DNA of 64,000 bases from the NCBI GenBank assembly GCA_964016885.1, contig OZ024743.1, positions 232,004,001 through 232,068,000 of the forward strand, given 5' to 3'. Source of the DNA: Eledone cirrhosa. Its lineage: Eukaryota. A model generated the notes under the pieces. That model was not told the DNA's origin, did not search any database, and saw only the letters and a list, made by a program, of their open reading frames with translations. Position numbers and translations under genes: made by a program. Positions 12,760 through 25,852 of the stretch are shown here, one piece after another; position 1 is the first letter of the stretch, and the number at the start of each line of letters is the position of its first letter.

Positions 12760-15700
12760 CTACAGTCTGATGTAGAGTGAAGGTCCATTCACACAGGCCA
12801 TTCTCCCCACTTTCACCCATCTTTCATAGAAACGGCTGGGGTGCAGCACCTCTCTCTCCATCCTGATCCTTCTTCCGAAATGATATCGGAAGAAACGGAC
12901 CAGTTGTTGGCCAGAGATAGAGGTGTCTGACCTCAGTCCTTTCAGACGCGTCCACCATACAACCTCTTTCGCCATGGCTATTACGCACAGAAACACCGCC
13001 TCTCCTTCGTTTTTGAAGAGGGGAGGCGGCTTGATCGTTACAATAGACTCGGTGGTCAACCGGATCGGTCCCATCCTTGACAGCAGTTGTTCGACAAAGC
13101 CCCACAGATCGGCAATGCCCGAGCAGTGTACCAATGCGTGTGCAAAGGTTTCCCCGTCACCCACGCATCTGGGACAGATCTTTTTCGAGGGGTCCCTACC
13201 CGGGCGCCTGTGTCTGTAGAGCCTTTCTCGAACGGGCAGAGCCCCTCGGTAACACTGCCAGGCCAGGGACCTCTGGAAGTTGCCCATGGGTCCCGGGCTG
13301 AATGTCCTACCGAATAGGTTGTCCAGTTCCTCTTCCTCCATGCCTAGGGCTTCTCCGAGGGCGTCGTCGCACCTGCTAACCACCAGCCCTCGAAAGAATG
13401 ACGAGGTGGATTCTCCACTGACAGCCGGGTCCGCCTGCCAGAGAGCCGTGAGCGCCTGGGCACACTCGGTGTGCCAGGCGCCCAGTTTTCTCGGTTTTTG
13501 CTTGACCCAGGATTGCAGCTCGGTGAGTGAGACGAGTCTGGGAAAGGCTCGCCTCACAAACGGGGCCCACACCGGTTGACCGGTGAGGAATACCTGGAGG
13601 TGCCGTAGCCTTAATGCGTGTTTACTTATCATTAGCCACGGCATCCCCAGCCCTTCTTTCGAAGGGTGTTGACAGCAGATGGATCTCCTCACCATAGGAG
13701 CCCGCTTCTTCCAAAGGAATTGGAAGAGTGCGCGCTCCATTTTGGCGAGCGTTTCCCTTGGGCAAGGCACAACGGTCAGTCAGTAGTAGATGACGGACGC
13801 TATATAAGTGTTCGCCACCTCCGCCCGACCTTTCAGGGACAGTTTGCACTCGGCCCACTTCTGGGTCAGTGCAAACACGTCTGTTCGTTACCTCACCCCA
13901 GTTCTTCTCAACCTGGAGGTCTGGTCCGAACCAGACCCCGAGCAACTTCACCGGGCCCTCCGTCTAGCGCCCGACGACGCCATCGGAGGGCATCGATCAG
14001 CCCCTCCACGTGCCGAGTTGCAAACCGATCGACTTGTCCCGGTTCAGCTTAGCCCCTGTAAACCTTTCGTACTCCTCCAGTAAGGTGCCGACCGCCCCGA
14101 TTTCCGAAGCCATCGACACCATTACTGTTACGTCGTCGGCGTAGGCCGACACCGCTTTCCGCAATCCCGGTTCCAACGGGATGCCCTGCAACGACTCCAA
14201 CTTCCGCAGCAGTGGCTCTAGAGTCATCACATACAGAAGGCTTAGATTGATCTAAGTAGATCAGAGCCCCACCAAAGCCGGGTTCGTTCCCAACCCTCTC
14301 TATGATGTATCGCATGAGGTGGAGGTTGTCGTGGATGGACCGGGATAGCACATGTCTGCGCATCTTCCACCAGGTTGCCCACGACAGGCGCCAACCTCTT
14401 TGCTAGCACCTTGGCCAAAATCTGTAACTCTACATTTAGCAGAATTATGGGCCTGAAATTATTTATATCGTCCCCCTTGTTTTCGTCCTTCCTCACTAGC
14501 GTGACTACGCCCTTGGTCACAGCACAGGGAATTCTCCCGTTCTGTTGCCAGTTGCAGTAGACCGCCTCGAGGTGATCGGGGAACAAGTCCGGCATAGCTA
14601 GATACAGTTCGTATGGAAGACCATCGAGGCCCGGGGATTTGCGTTTGCCGCATTGGCTCAGTACGCCCTCTATCTCAGCGGCTGAAATCGGCTCCTCGCA
14701 GGACTTCGCCTCCCTGTCCGACAGACGCAGCAGGCCGTCGAGGGATGGACCGAAGTCCACATCCCCAAACGGCTCCCCGCCCAATCCGGTAAAGTGCTTT
14801 TGAAAAGCCTCGCACATCTGCTTAGGTTCAAGGATCACCTGTCCATCCTGGTCTCGCAAAGACCGGATAGTGGATCTGCTCCCTCTTTTGGCTTCTGTCA
14901 CGCGGTCCCAACTAACAGCTTTGGTCCCCTCGTTTCCCAGAGCACGTATTTTGCTTCGGACGATGCAGCCTTCGTGTTTCGCGTCGAAGAACTGGCCCAG
15001 GGCCGTTCTCGACGCTAGCACTCTGGCCACGTCGCCGCTTCTAATTGCTCTTCTACACTAGCTACCAACTCCCTTTCCTTCCTATTTCTATTTGAGGCTA
15101 ACTCCTTACTAAATTCTATAGAGACTACTCTAATCTCTCTTTTGAGAGATCCCCACCACCTGCTGTTGACGATGGCGCCCGTCAACCGCTCCTTAACTAA
15201 ATTGCTAATCCGGTCCCTGTAAGCGTTACTTGCCGGTAAGGACAAGTTGAGCTTCCAGTAACCGGGTCCCTGTCTATGCGTTCTGTCAAGGTTGACCATG
15301 CAGCTCACTAATTTGTGGTCTGAATAGCCAACCATGCTCATTTTTGGACAAGTTAAAAAGTCCTTATCCTTATTTCTACACTAAGAACCTATCTAAGTAC
15401 GACCTAGATGATCCGCTTCGATTTGCCCAAGACCAGGTTGGCGCAGTCGGAAAATCTAGTCGATATCTATCGGCCAAGTCAAATCGACCGATTAACCGTT
15501 TGAGGCTATTACACCCCTCTCTATCGGGACAGGCCTCTACGTAGTCCCAGCGTGCATCTAGGATACCATTCCAGTCCCCCACTAATAGCAAGGAGCGGGA
15601 CGTCCCTAGAAAAGTCTCCAGACGATGGAAGAAGTCCGGCCGCATTCACACGAAAGGGCCGTAGGCGGCTACCAACCTAAACGCGCCGCCTTCACCACTT

Positions 15701-16006
15701 CCAAGGTCCAGAACCACTAGTCGACCCTCCGGGTCCAAATGTACCGTCTGTGTTGCGAGACCCAGATGTTTTTGCAGCAGAACGACAACCCCAACCCCAC
15801 CTCCGGGCTGACAGAGAGACGCGTGCATCTCAAAGTCATCAAATTTGGGGGCCAGCTGTCGCACGTTGCTGATCCGGGCCTCGCAAATAACCATCACATC
15901 TATACGTTGTGACCTGAGGTCATTTAGAAGCATTGCTTGCTTCCATGTTGAGCCCAGGCCACGCGCATTTAAACAGCCTTAAACAGCCTACTCTTAGCAT
16001 AGCCAT
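12760..16006 (-). pseudogene. Tx1 ORF2 (APE endonuclease, RT, zf-RVT), frameshifted with internal RT deletion
   Basis: GDWN, SYLDRFLV, SDH, GPGYWKLN, KSPGLDG, NFRPIILLN, YADD and CPRC...HALVHC motifs. The segment from DRVDH to RQGCPLS is missing at ~14240. Confidence 0.93.
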
Positions 16007-16029
16007 GTTGATGGTGAAGAAAAAGGCAC

Positions 16030-17822
16030 TTACCTATCTGCGTCCCGGTTATCGGGCTTCATAATTTCCTTGAGGGTGGGGGATGGGTTGTTGGGTGGGG
16101 TGGTGGTTTGTGGAAGTGTAGGGGCATCAGTGTGTTGTGTGGTTGGGGTGTTTGGAGTTGTGTGGGTGTTTGGGGAGGCGGTGGGGTAGTTTTTTAGGAG
16201 GACGCGGTTAATGGGCCCGACGCAGGGGGGGGGGGACCCACGTCCTCTTTAATGTTGTTTTTTGAAGTTTGATAAGTGTTCTGTGGTGCCTTAATCATTT
16301 TGAGGTGGGGGAAATCCCCTGCCTGGGTGAAGTTAGGCCTTGGGTTTTTATTAAATTGTTGTTGTACACAATGTTTAACAGTTTTTTGTTTCTTGTGTTT
16401 ATGTATGTGTATGCATGTTTTTGTTTTTGTGTGGTGTTTTTTGTTTGCTGTTGTTGTGAGCTCTTTTGTGTTGGTGTCAGTGTTATGTTTTGGGGAGGGG
16501 TTGTTTTCATTTGTGTGTCTGAGGTGTGTTTTCTTTTTTTTCTTTTGATTGTGTGGAAGTGCTCCTCCTCGTCTGAGGACGAACTAGGGTCATCTTCCGC
16601 GTTGGAGGGAGGGGTATATTTTCGGGTTGTGTTTTCGGTGCGGGTGTTTTGGAAATAGTTTTTTTTTGAGTGAGGGGATGGGTTGGACATTGTTTTGTTT
16701 TGGTGTGAGATCTGGTTGTTGTTTTTGTATTTGTAGTTGTGTTGTAGTGATTGTGTTGGTTGTGCAGTTGTTGGTGGTGTAGGCAGGATTGGGGTTTTCT
16801 TATTAAGTTGTCTACAGACAGCCCTCAGGTGACCTCTGGTTCCACAGAGGTAACACGAGGGCCGCCTACCCACAGCGGTAATGTTGATGAAAGTTTGATC
16901 ATCCACTATGATGCGTTCAGGGATTTGGGCGATCCTTTCAGGCCTCATTTGAACTACAAGCTCGTTCCACTGAACGCGTCACCCGATGCCTTTCCCATGA
17001 ACACCAGCGTGTCATCATCCAGGTTTAGGAAACCTGTCAAAACCCACCATATGTCCATAATCGGCAGGATGGTATGGATTTTTATTTTTTGTGTCCTTCT
17101 ACCCATGTACGTAGGGTAGAAGGTGTATGCGGTGGATGTAATTGGTTTGATGGACAGTTTCACTGCTGTGTCCCTGTCTTTCATGAGAATGGATAGACTC
17201 CCATAGAGTCTACCCTTCTGGATGAATGTGACGTCCCTCATCATGTCCTTTAAAACCAGCTCTATCTCACTCTGTGATGGTTGAGCTGGTTTTTTGCTTT
17301 TATTTGAGATTGTCCTAAACATCACAGTGTTTAGGAGACTCTTGCTTTTTAGCTCCGGGGGGGGGGGGATCGAAAACGCACCATTCTCCCCGTACATTAT
17401 GTATTTTTTTGCCTCTGTCAGTAGCTCCTTTGCTTTGGTTATATCTACTCGCAGATAGTCGAAGGTTTTCCTTGCCGTCTGGGCGAGGAGACTTTTTCCT
17501 TGTTTGTGTTGCTGTTGTAGTTGGTGGTGTTGTTGTTATCATTGTTGTTAGTATCACAGTTATTGGTCTTGTTGTTGTTGTTATTGTTATTGGTGTTGTT
17601 TTCGTCCGTAGCATTGTTGTTGTTGTTGTTGTTGTTGCTGGTGCCGCTGGTTCTTTGGTTTGTTGCCATGGCAACGTCAAGTTGTTGGTCAGCAGGTGGA
17701 GAAAATCCTTCCTCTGACTGACCTTTGTTTTTAACCTCTGCTACTGTGACAGTGGCAGGCGGAAGCTGTAAGCTTATCTTCCCCTTTCCTCCTTCGAATT
17801 TTGGTGAAGAAGCTTCAGCCAT
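16030..17822 (-). pseudogene. Tx1 ORF1 (gag-like, zinc knuckle), disrupted
   Basis: CYLCGTRGHLRAVC knuckle. Split across ORFs 17445-17822, 16954-17397 and 16295-16948. Homologous to copy B ORF1. Confidence 0.85.
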
Positions 17823-18259
17823 TTAAAAAAATATTAACTTTTCAACAAAAAAGCTTTTTTGTTTAACTATTTCGCCTAAAGGCTTAGAATATTTTGAGAG
17901 ACTGACGAGTTCAAAGTTTGACCTGGCAGTCCCTCTACAAAATGGTACAAAAATTAAAGTTAACAGACAAGAATTTCTATAGAAATTTAAACAGAACTTA
18001 CTCAGCAAGTTATACGCGTGTGTCAATCCCAGAGATAGATAGATATATTTCTTTATTTACCATAAAGGCATAAAAAGAAGGGACAAATACAAAGGGGGAG
18101 ATACATAAAATCGAGTAAAAAGCGTATAAAATGAAATTAATCGAAAACAACCTCAAAAGGGATGGGACGTGATGGCTTGCACACACCCCCGAAAAAGTGT
18201 GCAATCCTTTGCCCGGGGAGCACATGGAGAAGGTGCTCCCCTCTCCTTCACTTCTTTAC

Positions 18260-21167
18260 CTACATGATGGTATACAGAGAAGGCCCATTTACACGAGCCA
18301 TTCTCGCCTCTATCACCCACCTTTCATAAAACTGCCTGTGGCCAAGCACCTCTCTCTCCATTCTTATCCTTCTTCCGAAGTGATATCGGAAGAAGAAGAC
18401 CAGACTATGGCCAGAGAGAGAGTTGCCTGACCTCAGACCTTTCAATCGTGTCCACCAAACAACCTCTTTCAACATGGCTATTACGCACAGAAAAACCGCC
18501 TTTGCTTCCTTTGTGAAGAGGGGAGGCGGCTTGATTGTCACCACGGACTCGGCGGTCAATCGAATCGGCGCCACCCGCGACAGCAGTCGTTCGGCGTAGC
18601 CCCACATATCAGCCACGCCCGGACATTGCACCAATGCGTGCGCAACGGTTTCTTCGTGACGCACGCATCTAGGGCAAATCTTTTTCGAGGGATCCCTGCC
18701 CGGGTACCCGTGTCTCTGTAGAGCCTCTCTCGAACGGGTAGAGCCCCCCGGTAGCACTGCCAGGCTAGTGACTTCTGGAAGTTGTCCATTGGTCCCGGGC
18801 CGAAAGTCCTACCGAACAGGCTGGCCAGTTCATCCTCTTCCATGTCCAGCGACTCTCCAAGGGTGTCATCGCCCCTGCTAGCCACCAGCCCTCTATAGAA
18901 TGATGAGGTGGATTATCCACCGATGGCCTGGTCCGCTTGCCAGAGAGCCCTGTGCGCCTGGGCACACTCAGTGTGCCAGTCTCCCAGTTTTCCGGATCTT
19001 TGCTTGACCCAGGACTGCAGCTCGGTGAGCGAGACGAGTCTCGGAAAGGCTCGTTTCACGAACGGAGCCCACACCGGTTGACCAGTGAGGAATACCTGTA
19101 GGTGCCGTAGCCTTATTGCGTGCCTACGCATCAACAGCCACGGCATCTACAGGGGGATACCCTGCAACAACTCCAACTTCCTCAGTAAAGGCTCGAGAGT
19201 CAATACGTACAGAAGGGAGGAGAGAGGGCACCCCTGTCGAATGGATCGTGTGATTTCAAACGGCTTCGAAAGGTAGCCGTTCACCTTGATCCTAGAACAG
19301 ATGTAGTTGCTATGTAAGGCAGTGATCCAGCCTCTGTAAACAGGACCGAACCCAGCCGCCGCTAGCACCGCATCCAGGTAACCATGGTCGACCCTATCGA
19401 AGGCCTTAGACTGATCCAAGTTGATCAGGGCCCTACCGAAGCCGGGTTCGTTACCAACCCTCTCTATGATGTATCGCATGAGGTGGAGATTATCGTGAAT
19501 GAACCTGGATGGGATAGCACATGTCTGCGCATCTCCCACCAGGCCACCCACGACAAGCGCCAACCTCTTTGCTAACACCTTGGCCAAAATCTTTAACTCT
19601 GTGTTTAGCAGGGTTATGGGCCGAAAATTATTTATACTATCCCCCTTGTTCTCGTCCTTCCTCACCAGTGAGACTACGCCCTTAGCTACAGAACAAGGAA
19701 TTCTCCCGTTCTGCTGCCAATTGCAGTAGACCGCTTCGAGGAGTTCGGAGAAGAAGACCGGCATTGCTAAATAAAGTTCGTTAGGTATACCATCGAGACC
19801 TGCAGATTTGCGTTTGCTGCATTGGCTCAGCGCATCCCCGATCTCATCAGCCGAGATTGGTTCCTCGCAGGACTCTGCCTATTCGCTCGAGAGACGCAGC
19901 AGGCCGTCGAGGTATGGACCGAAATCCACGTCCCCGCCCGGACCCACGCGTCCCCCGAATAATCGGGCAAAGTGCCTTTGAAAGGCCTCGCACATCTGCT
20001 CAGGCTCCTGGATCACCCGTCCATCCTCGTCTTGCAAAGACCGGATGGTGGATCGATTTCCACTCTTAGCTTCTGTCACGCGGGCCCAGCCAACGGCTTT
20101 GGCCCCCTCATTAGCTAGAGCACGTATTTTACTTCGAATGACGCAGCCTTCGTGCTTTGCATCGAAAAACTGGTTCAAGGCCGTCCTCGATGCCAGCTCT
20201 CTGGCCACATCTTCGCTCTTGATTGCCTCTTCTAATTTAAATGTTAATTCTTTCTCGTTTCTATTCCTATCGGCAGCTAACATCTTGCTATAACTTATTG
20301 ATTCTGTTCTAATCTCTCTTTTGAGAGATGCCCACCATCGGTTGTTGACGATTGCACCCGTCAACCTCTCCTTAACTAATCTGCTAATCCGGTTTATGTA
20401 AGTCTCTTTTGCCGGTAAAGACAAATTAAGTTTCCAGTAACCGGGACCCTCTTTATGTGTTTTCTCGAGATTGACTACGCAGGTCACTAATTTGTGATCC
20501 GTATAGCCAACCGTGAGCAATTCTGGACAGCTTAATATGTCCCTATCCTTAATTCAAACTAAGAATCTATCTAAGTACGATCTAGATTGACCACTGTGGT
20601 TCGTCCAAGTCCAGGTTGGCACAGTTGGAAAATCTAGTCGATATCTATCGACCAAGTTAAAACGGTCGAGTAACCCCTTGAGGCTGTTACACCCTCCTCT
20701 ATTAGGACAGGCTCCTGCATAGTCCCAACGTGCATCTAGGATGTCATTCCAATCCCCCGCTAGAAGCAGAGAACGCGACGTTCCCAGAAAAGTCTCCAAA
20801 CGCTGGAAGAAGTCGGGCCGTTCAGCACCGAAAGGGGAGTAGACGGCAACCAGTCTCAAGGCCGCACCTTCACTACTGCCAACGTCTAGCACCAAAAAAC
20901 GACCCTCCGGGTCCGAGTGAACAACCTGTACGGCGAGACCCAGGTGTCTTTCCACAGTACGACAACCCCACCCCCACCTCCAGGTTGACAGAGAGATGCA
21001 TGCACCTCAAAGTCATCAGGGGCCAGCTGCCGCACGACGCTGATCCGAGTCTCACAGATAACCATTACATTTATACCACGTGACCTGAGGTCATTTAGAA
21101 GCTTTGCTTGCTTCCAAGTTGAGCCCAGGCCACGTGCATTCAAACATCCTACTCTTAACACATCCAT
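18260..21167 (-). pseudogene. Tx1 ORF2, frameshifted, YADD region deleted
   Basis: MDVLRVGCLNARGL, GDWN, SYLDRFLV, NFRPITLLN, DQSKAFDRVDH and RQGCPLS motifs. Jumps from LQGIPL to MPWL at ~19147. zf-RVT CPRC...HALVQC. Confidence 0.93.
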
Positions 21168-21200
21168 GTGGGCGACAAAGCTAAAGGAGAGTGTAGAGAC

Positions 21201-23110
21201 CTACCTTTCTGCTTCCCGGGGTTCGGGTCGCACGACTTCCATGGGGTCGGGGGTGTCTTGTGAAGCGGTGTCTTGTGGTGGTGTGGGGTCGTCAGTGTGT
21301 GGTGGGGTTGGGGTGTTTGGAGTTGTGTTGGGGAGGGGAAGGGGAGAGGCAAAGCTTTTTAGTAGGACGCAGTTTATGGGTTTGACAGAGGGTGGTCCTA
21401 CGTCCTCCTTAAAATCCTTTTTTAGTTTTTGGTAGAGGTTCATTGGGATCTTTATTAATTTTAAATGTGGGTAGTTTTCTGAAGAAACAAAGTTTACACC
21501 TTCGGTTTGTACCGAAGGATTATTGTTCATGAGTTCATTTAATTTATTATTGTTTCTGTTGATGTAAGTATAGTGTAATGTCTTTTTTTCGGCTGGTGTG
21601 AGTGTTTCGAAGAGGCGAGGGGCAGGTTTGGTTTTGTTTGTTGCTGGAGGGGTGTTTTGTGTTTTGTTGGATTGTGTTGACATTTGGGTAGGGGTTGTTT
21701 GGCCTTGTGTGTTTTGCACATGTTTTCTTTTTTTCCTTTTAATCTGTCTGAAGGACTCCGTTTCTTCCTCCGAATTCGTTGGGTTATCTTCAGTGTTGGA
21801 GGGAAGAGGTATATTTGCTGGTAATTTTTCCGTGTTGGTTTTCTTTGTGGGGGAGATGGATGTCACTATGTTAGACTGTGTTGTGTGTTGTGGCTGCGGT
21901 GGTTGTGTTGTTTTATTGAGTGAGGGGTTGGGTGGGACTGTATTTTGTTTTTGGGTAATGTTTTGTGACTGTTTGTGTTGTGGTGGTGGTGTAGTTTTAC
22001 TGAGGGACGGGTTGGGTGGGACTGAGTTTTGTTGTTTGTTTATCTGTTGTGGTGGTGGTGGAGCTGGTGTTGGTAGCAGGGTTTTCTTTTTGTTGAGTTG
22101 GGGACAAGCCGCCTTCAGGTGCCCTCTGCCTGCACAGATATGACAGGACGGCCTTCTCCCCTCCACGCTAATGTTTATATACCCGTGGCCCTCTAATAGG
22201 ATTCTGTCGGGTATTTGGGTGATGCGTTCAGGCTTCATTTGCACTACAATTTCTATACCTGTTTCACTGAACGCATTGCCTGTGGTTTTCCCAATGGAAA
22301 TCACGTTGTCATTCGCTGGATCGATGAAGCCAGCTATGAGCCAGCAGTAGTCCACATCTGGCATCATTGCATCCAGCCATATGCGCTAAGTTCTTTTACC
22401 CATATAAGATGGATAAAAGGTAAAATTTGTCGAACGAATCGGTGACAAAGCACATTTTTTTGCCGCCGATTCGTTCTTCATAATAATCGCTAGGCTTCCA
22501 TACAGTCTCTCTTCTTATGAAAGTGGTTTCATTAAGTACTCCTGTAAGTACTGCTTTGATTTCTGTTTGTGTTGGCTGTTGAGGTTTTTTAGAAATGTTG
22601 TTGATGGTGCGGTAAACGACCGTCCGACTTTCAATGTCTTTGGTGAGTTCTTGAGGCATTTTTACCGATAAAATACCATTTTCCCCTTCAGTTATGTATT
22701 GTTTGGCGTCTGTAATTCTTTGTGCCACATCTGAAATATTTTCAGGTATATATGTCAAAGATTTCTTTGTTGTTTGTGCAAATGAAATATTATTGGTGTT
22801 GAATTTGTCGTCTGCTTTGCTTTCTGTTATGATGTTGTTTTCAAATGTTATTTTTGTGTTTGTCGTGTCTTTGTTTGTGGTATTAATATTGTCATGCAAT
22901 TTTTCAAATTTCTTTTTTTTCGTTGTTGGAATCAATGTCCAGATTTGTGTTTTCGTCATTTTTCTCCGCAGATTCGTCTGTTTTTATTTTATTTTTTCTT
23001 TCCTTCTCTATGACGTTAGTTGGAAAGAAGGGGGGGGGGGCTAAAGCGTGCGAGCTTATAACTCTTACCGCTGTCCCCCCACCACTATTTTCGTTAGCTT
23101 CGTTTAACAT
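21201..23110 (-). pseudogene. Tx1 ORF1 (zinc knuckle), frameshifted
   Basis: CHICAGRGHLKAAC knuckle. Split across ORFs 22904-23110, 22396-22959 and 21201-22367. Confidence 0.87.
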
Positions 23111-23332
23111 TTCTGTCAGACGATTGAAATTTTTTATGCCACAAAATTTTTAAAAACAAGTTTTTCACCTCTGGGAGGGGCAAAGATGAGCTGACCCACC
23201 GCCTGACAGTTCACAATAGTATCAAAATTAAAATTGAACTTACAAAATTTCCGCAATAAATTTGAACAAAACTTCTGCGCAAAGTGAATTACATCTACGC
23301 TGTAGAATAGACGACAGCTAGATCATCCCAGT

Positions 23333-23379
<47 letters not shown>
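23333..23379. repeat. (GATA)n tract at the 5' junction of Tx1 copy B
   Basis: Seen directly. Confidence 0.9.
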
Positions 23380-23389
23380 GCGGGCACAC

Positions 23390-23494
<105 letters not shown>

Positions 23495-23538
23495 CATGCA
23501 TATATATATATATAGGTATGTATATATATATATTTATA

Positions 23539-23581
<43 letters not shown>

Positions 23582-23726
23582 AGGGTTGACGGACCCACCA
23601 TATTTATCAATGCCAGTACCGGTTGTATCTCAGCGCACTCAATGGGCAATGTAAGATACATTACCAGAGTATACACATAGTTATTTGCTTCAACACAACA
23701 CACGTAAAACGGGTGCCGCTATGGTT

Positions 23727-23837
23727 CTCGGACTCGAGTTTCTGCCGCACTAATGCATCAATAAGGTGCACTGCACCATCTGTCTGCATATATTATGAAA
23801 CAATGCACAAATCGGCTAATGCGACTTCGTCGGCGGG
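23727..23837 (-). ncRNA. Type I HHR with large stem II insert (core CCGACGA)
   Basis: cccg-CCGACGA-a-gtcgcattag[loop]ttagtgcggc-a-GAAA-c-tcga-GTC-cgag. Confidence 0.65.
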
Positions 23838-24571
23838 TATCGCCTAATCAATAACCAATCGATCGACAGAATCCTAAGACCAGTCTATACCGGCCATGAC
23901 TGTTTGTGACGACTGACACGGTAAAGCTATTAGCAACTGGTACCCGATAGGACACTATCTCTCAACTAGCCACTGATTGACAAATTTTACGTGGGGACGG
24001 GAAGCTAAAAAGTATCAATCTTTTACTTCCTGTCGGAACCCCTCAACAAACGTGTCTGACACACAAATTATCAAGGGGTGAAAAGATGGCTATTAGAAAT
24101 AGCAGTTCATAATGATATAAAATAGAATGGTAACATTCGGTTCATGTCTCCAAGCCCCATGGCTAGAGGAAAGCCATGGTAACAATGGTAGTGTCAATAA
24201 CCTTTAACGGACTTTAAATGCGATCATCTATTATATAACAAAATAGTAGCGAGCTGAAATGTGTCAGCCACATGCGTAGATAACCAGTCTAATTCACAAT
24301 TTAAAATAGTGAGAGACAAAATTAGTAGCAGAAAAAAGAGTGCATTTCAAAACAAAAACACAATAAAAATTGAAAAATTGTTTAACTTTCTCTCAATAGT
24401 CCGCTAGTTGGGAGATAATAATAATAAGGGTTGACGGACCCAGCTTATTTATCAATGCTAGTACCGGTTGTATCTCAGCGCACTCCATGGGCAATTTAAG
24501 ATACATTACCAGAGTATACACATAGTTATTTGCTTCAACACAACACACGTAAAGCGGGTGCCTATAAGGTT

Positions 24572-24681
24572 CCCTGACTCGAGTTTCTGTTGCACTAATG
24601 CAGCAGTAAGGTGCACTGCACCATCTGTCTGCATATATTATGCAACAATGCACAATCAGCTTATGCGGCTTCATCAGCGGG
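24572..24681 (-). ncRNA. Type I HHR with large stem II insert (canonical core)
   Basis: cccg-CTGATGA-a-gccgca[loop]tgcaac-a-GAAA-c-tcga-GTC-aggg. The consensus of the two copies restores all stems. Confidence 0.68.
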
Positions 24682-24729
24682 TATCACCTAATCAATAACC
24701 AATCGATCGACAGAATCCTAAGATCAGTC

Positions 24730-24775
<46 letters not shown>

Positions 24776-24856
24776 ATGTATGATTATCTTACATCTTCAT
24801 TAGGTGGACGGGTATTCATCGAGTTTTACATTTACAGTCCGTATTTTCTTCTTTTC

Positions 24857-24965
24857 GACTCCGATGAGGGGACTATATCAAACTTTTCTTTTTATTATTA
24901 TTTACTATTCTCGATTTTATAATCGATATTTATCATCTGTATGTTCTGCGAAACAATTGTCAGCC
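24857..24965 (+). ncRNA. Degenerate type I HHR (U4C core, long stem II region)
   Basis: gact-CCGATGA-gggg...ctgc-GAAA-c-aatt-GTC-agcc, in a short element between TA-rich tracts. Confidence 0.5.
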
Positions 24966-25099
24966 ATTAAATATATTTGTTCAAGAATTTGGTATTGTTT
25001 TCTCTAACATTTAATTTATATATGAATATATTTGTTCAAGAATTTGGTATTGTTTTCTCTAACATTTAATTTATATATGAATATATATATATAGACAGA

Positions 25100-25392
25100 C
25101 TAAATATAAATGGCGTAGACATACAATGTAACGGGAAGAAACAATAGCACCACTGACCATGTTGCAGATGTGCAACGAAAGAACTTTGATAAACTATATA
25201 TATATGTGTTTGTGTCTATTGTATCTGTATTATTGTTGACCGTCGGCCAGTCAATGGCAACATTGAGGACCGAATAAATTAGATTACCGATATAAAAGAC
25301 ACAGAAGCGAAAATCGAAAACCAACCAAACAATGAGTGTGTTCCTGTTATTAATTCTGGCAATATTACACAAATATGACCCTCCCCAAGTAT

Positions 25393-25397
<5 letters not shown>
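25100..25397 (+). mobile_element. Solo PLE terminus (family of 26094-27345) with HHR-like motif
   Basis: Reverse complement of ~26125-26420. A third copy is at ~35185-35420. Confidence 0.7.
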
Positions 25398-25449
<52 letters not shown>

Positions 25450-25452
<3 letters not shown>

Positions 25453-25852
25453 CAGTATGTGTTGGTTGTTTATCGACACCTCGGTATGCAGATTGGAGCA
25501 CTCGACGATGTACGCAGGTTGGTTTGTTTACTCCGGAGTAATGTAAAATAATTAAGTCAAATATGTAAAATTTGGCTTCGTTTATTATAACTTATAAATA
25601 TACTGCTATATATATTTCGGTGACAGCCATCATTGGCTGTGACCTCTTCAGGCACCTCGTATTTGTGTGGTAGAGACAGGAGCTGGACATATCGGAGTAT
25701 TGACGTAGTAAAATACACTTCAACTACATGTGTACCTGTCTCTACCACACCAATTCGGACTGCATGAAGAGGTCACAGCCAATGATTGTTGTCACCAAAA
25801 TATATATAGCAGTATATCTATAATCTACATAGTTTTACATAGTTGACTTATT

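Larger units (their letters stand above)
12492..18032 (-). mobile_element. Tx1/L1-clade non-LTR retrotransposon, copy A (near full length, disrupted)
   Basis: 5'UTR, ORF1 with CCHC knuckle, ORF2 with APE, RT and zf-RVT, then 3'UTR with AATAAA. Confidence 0.93.
18046..23331 (-). mobile_element. Tx1/L1-clade non-LTR retrotransposon, copy B (diverged subfamily, disrupted)
   Basis: Same architecture as copy A. Bounded by (GATA)n at 18034-18045 and 23333-23379. Confidence 0.93.
23576..24732 (-). mobile_element. Retrozyme-like non-autonomous element: two ~305-bp direct repeats, each with an HHR, around a ~540-bp non-coding core
   Basis: Repeats at ~23576-23889 and ~24421-24732. (TA)n on both flanks. 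No credible ORF. Confidence 0.75.

Noticed and set aside
12824-23153. Antisense and alternate-frame ORFs over the Tx1 elements
   Set aside because: Shadow ORFs of GC-richer coding sequence with no independent motifs.
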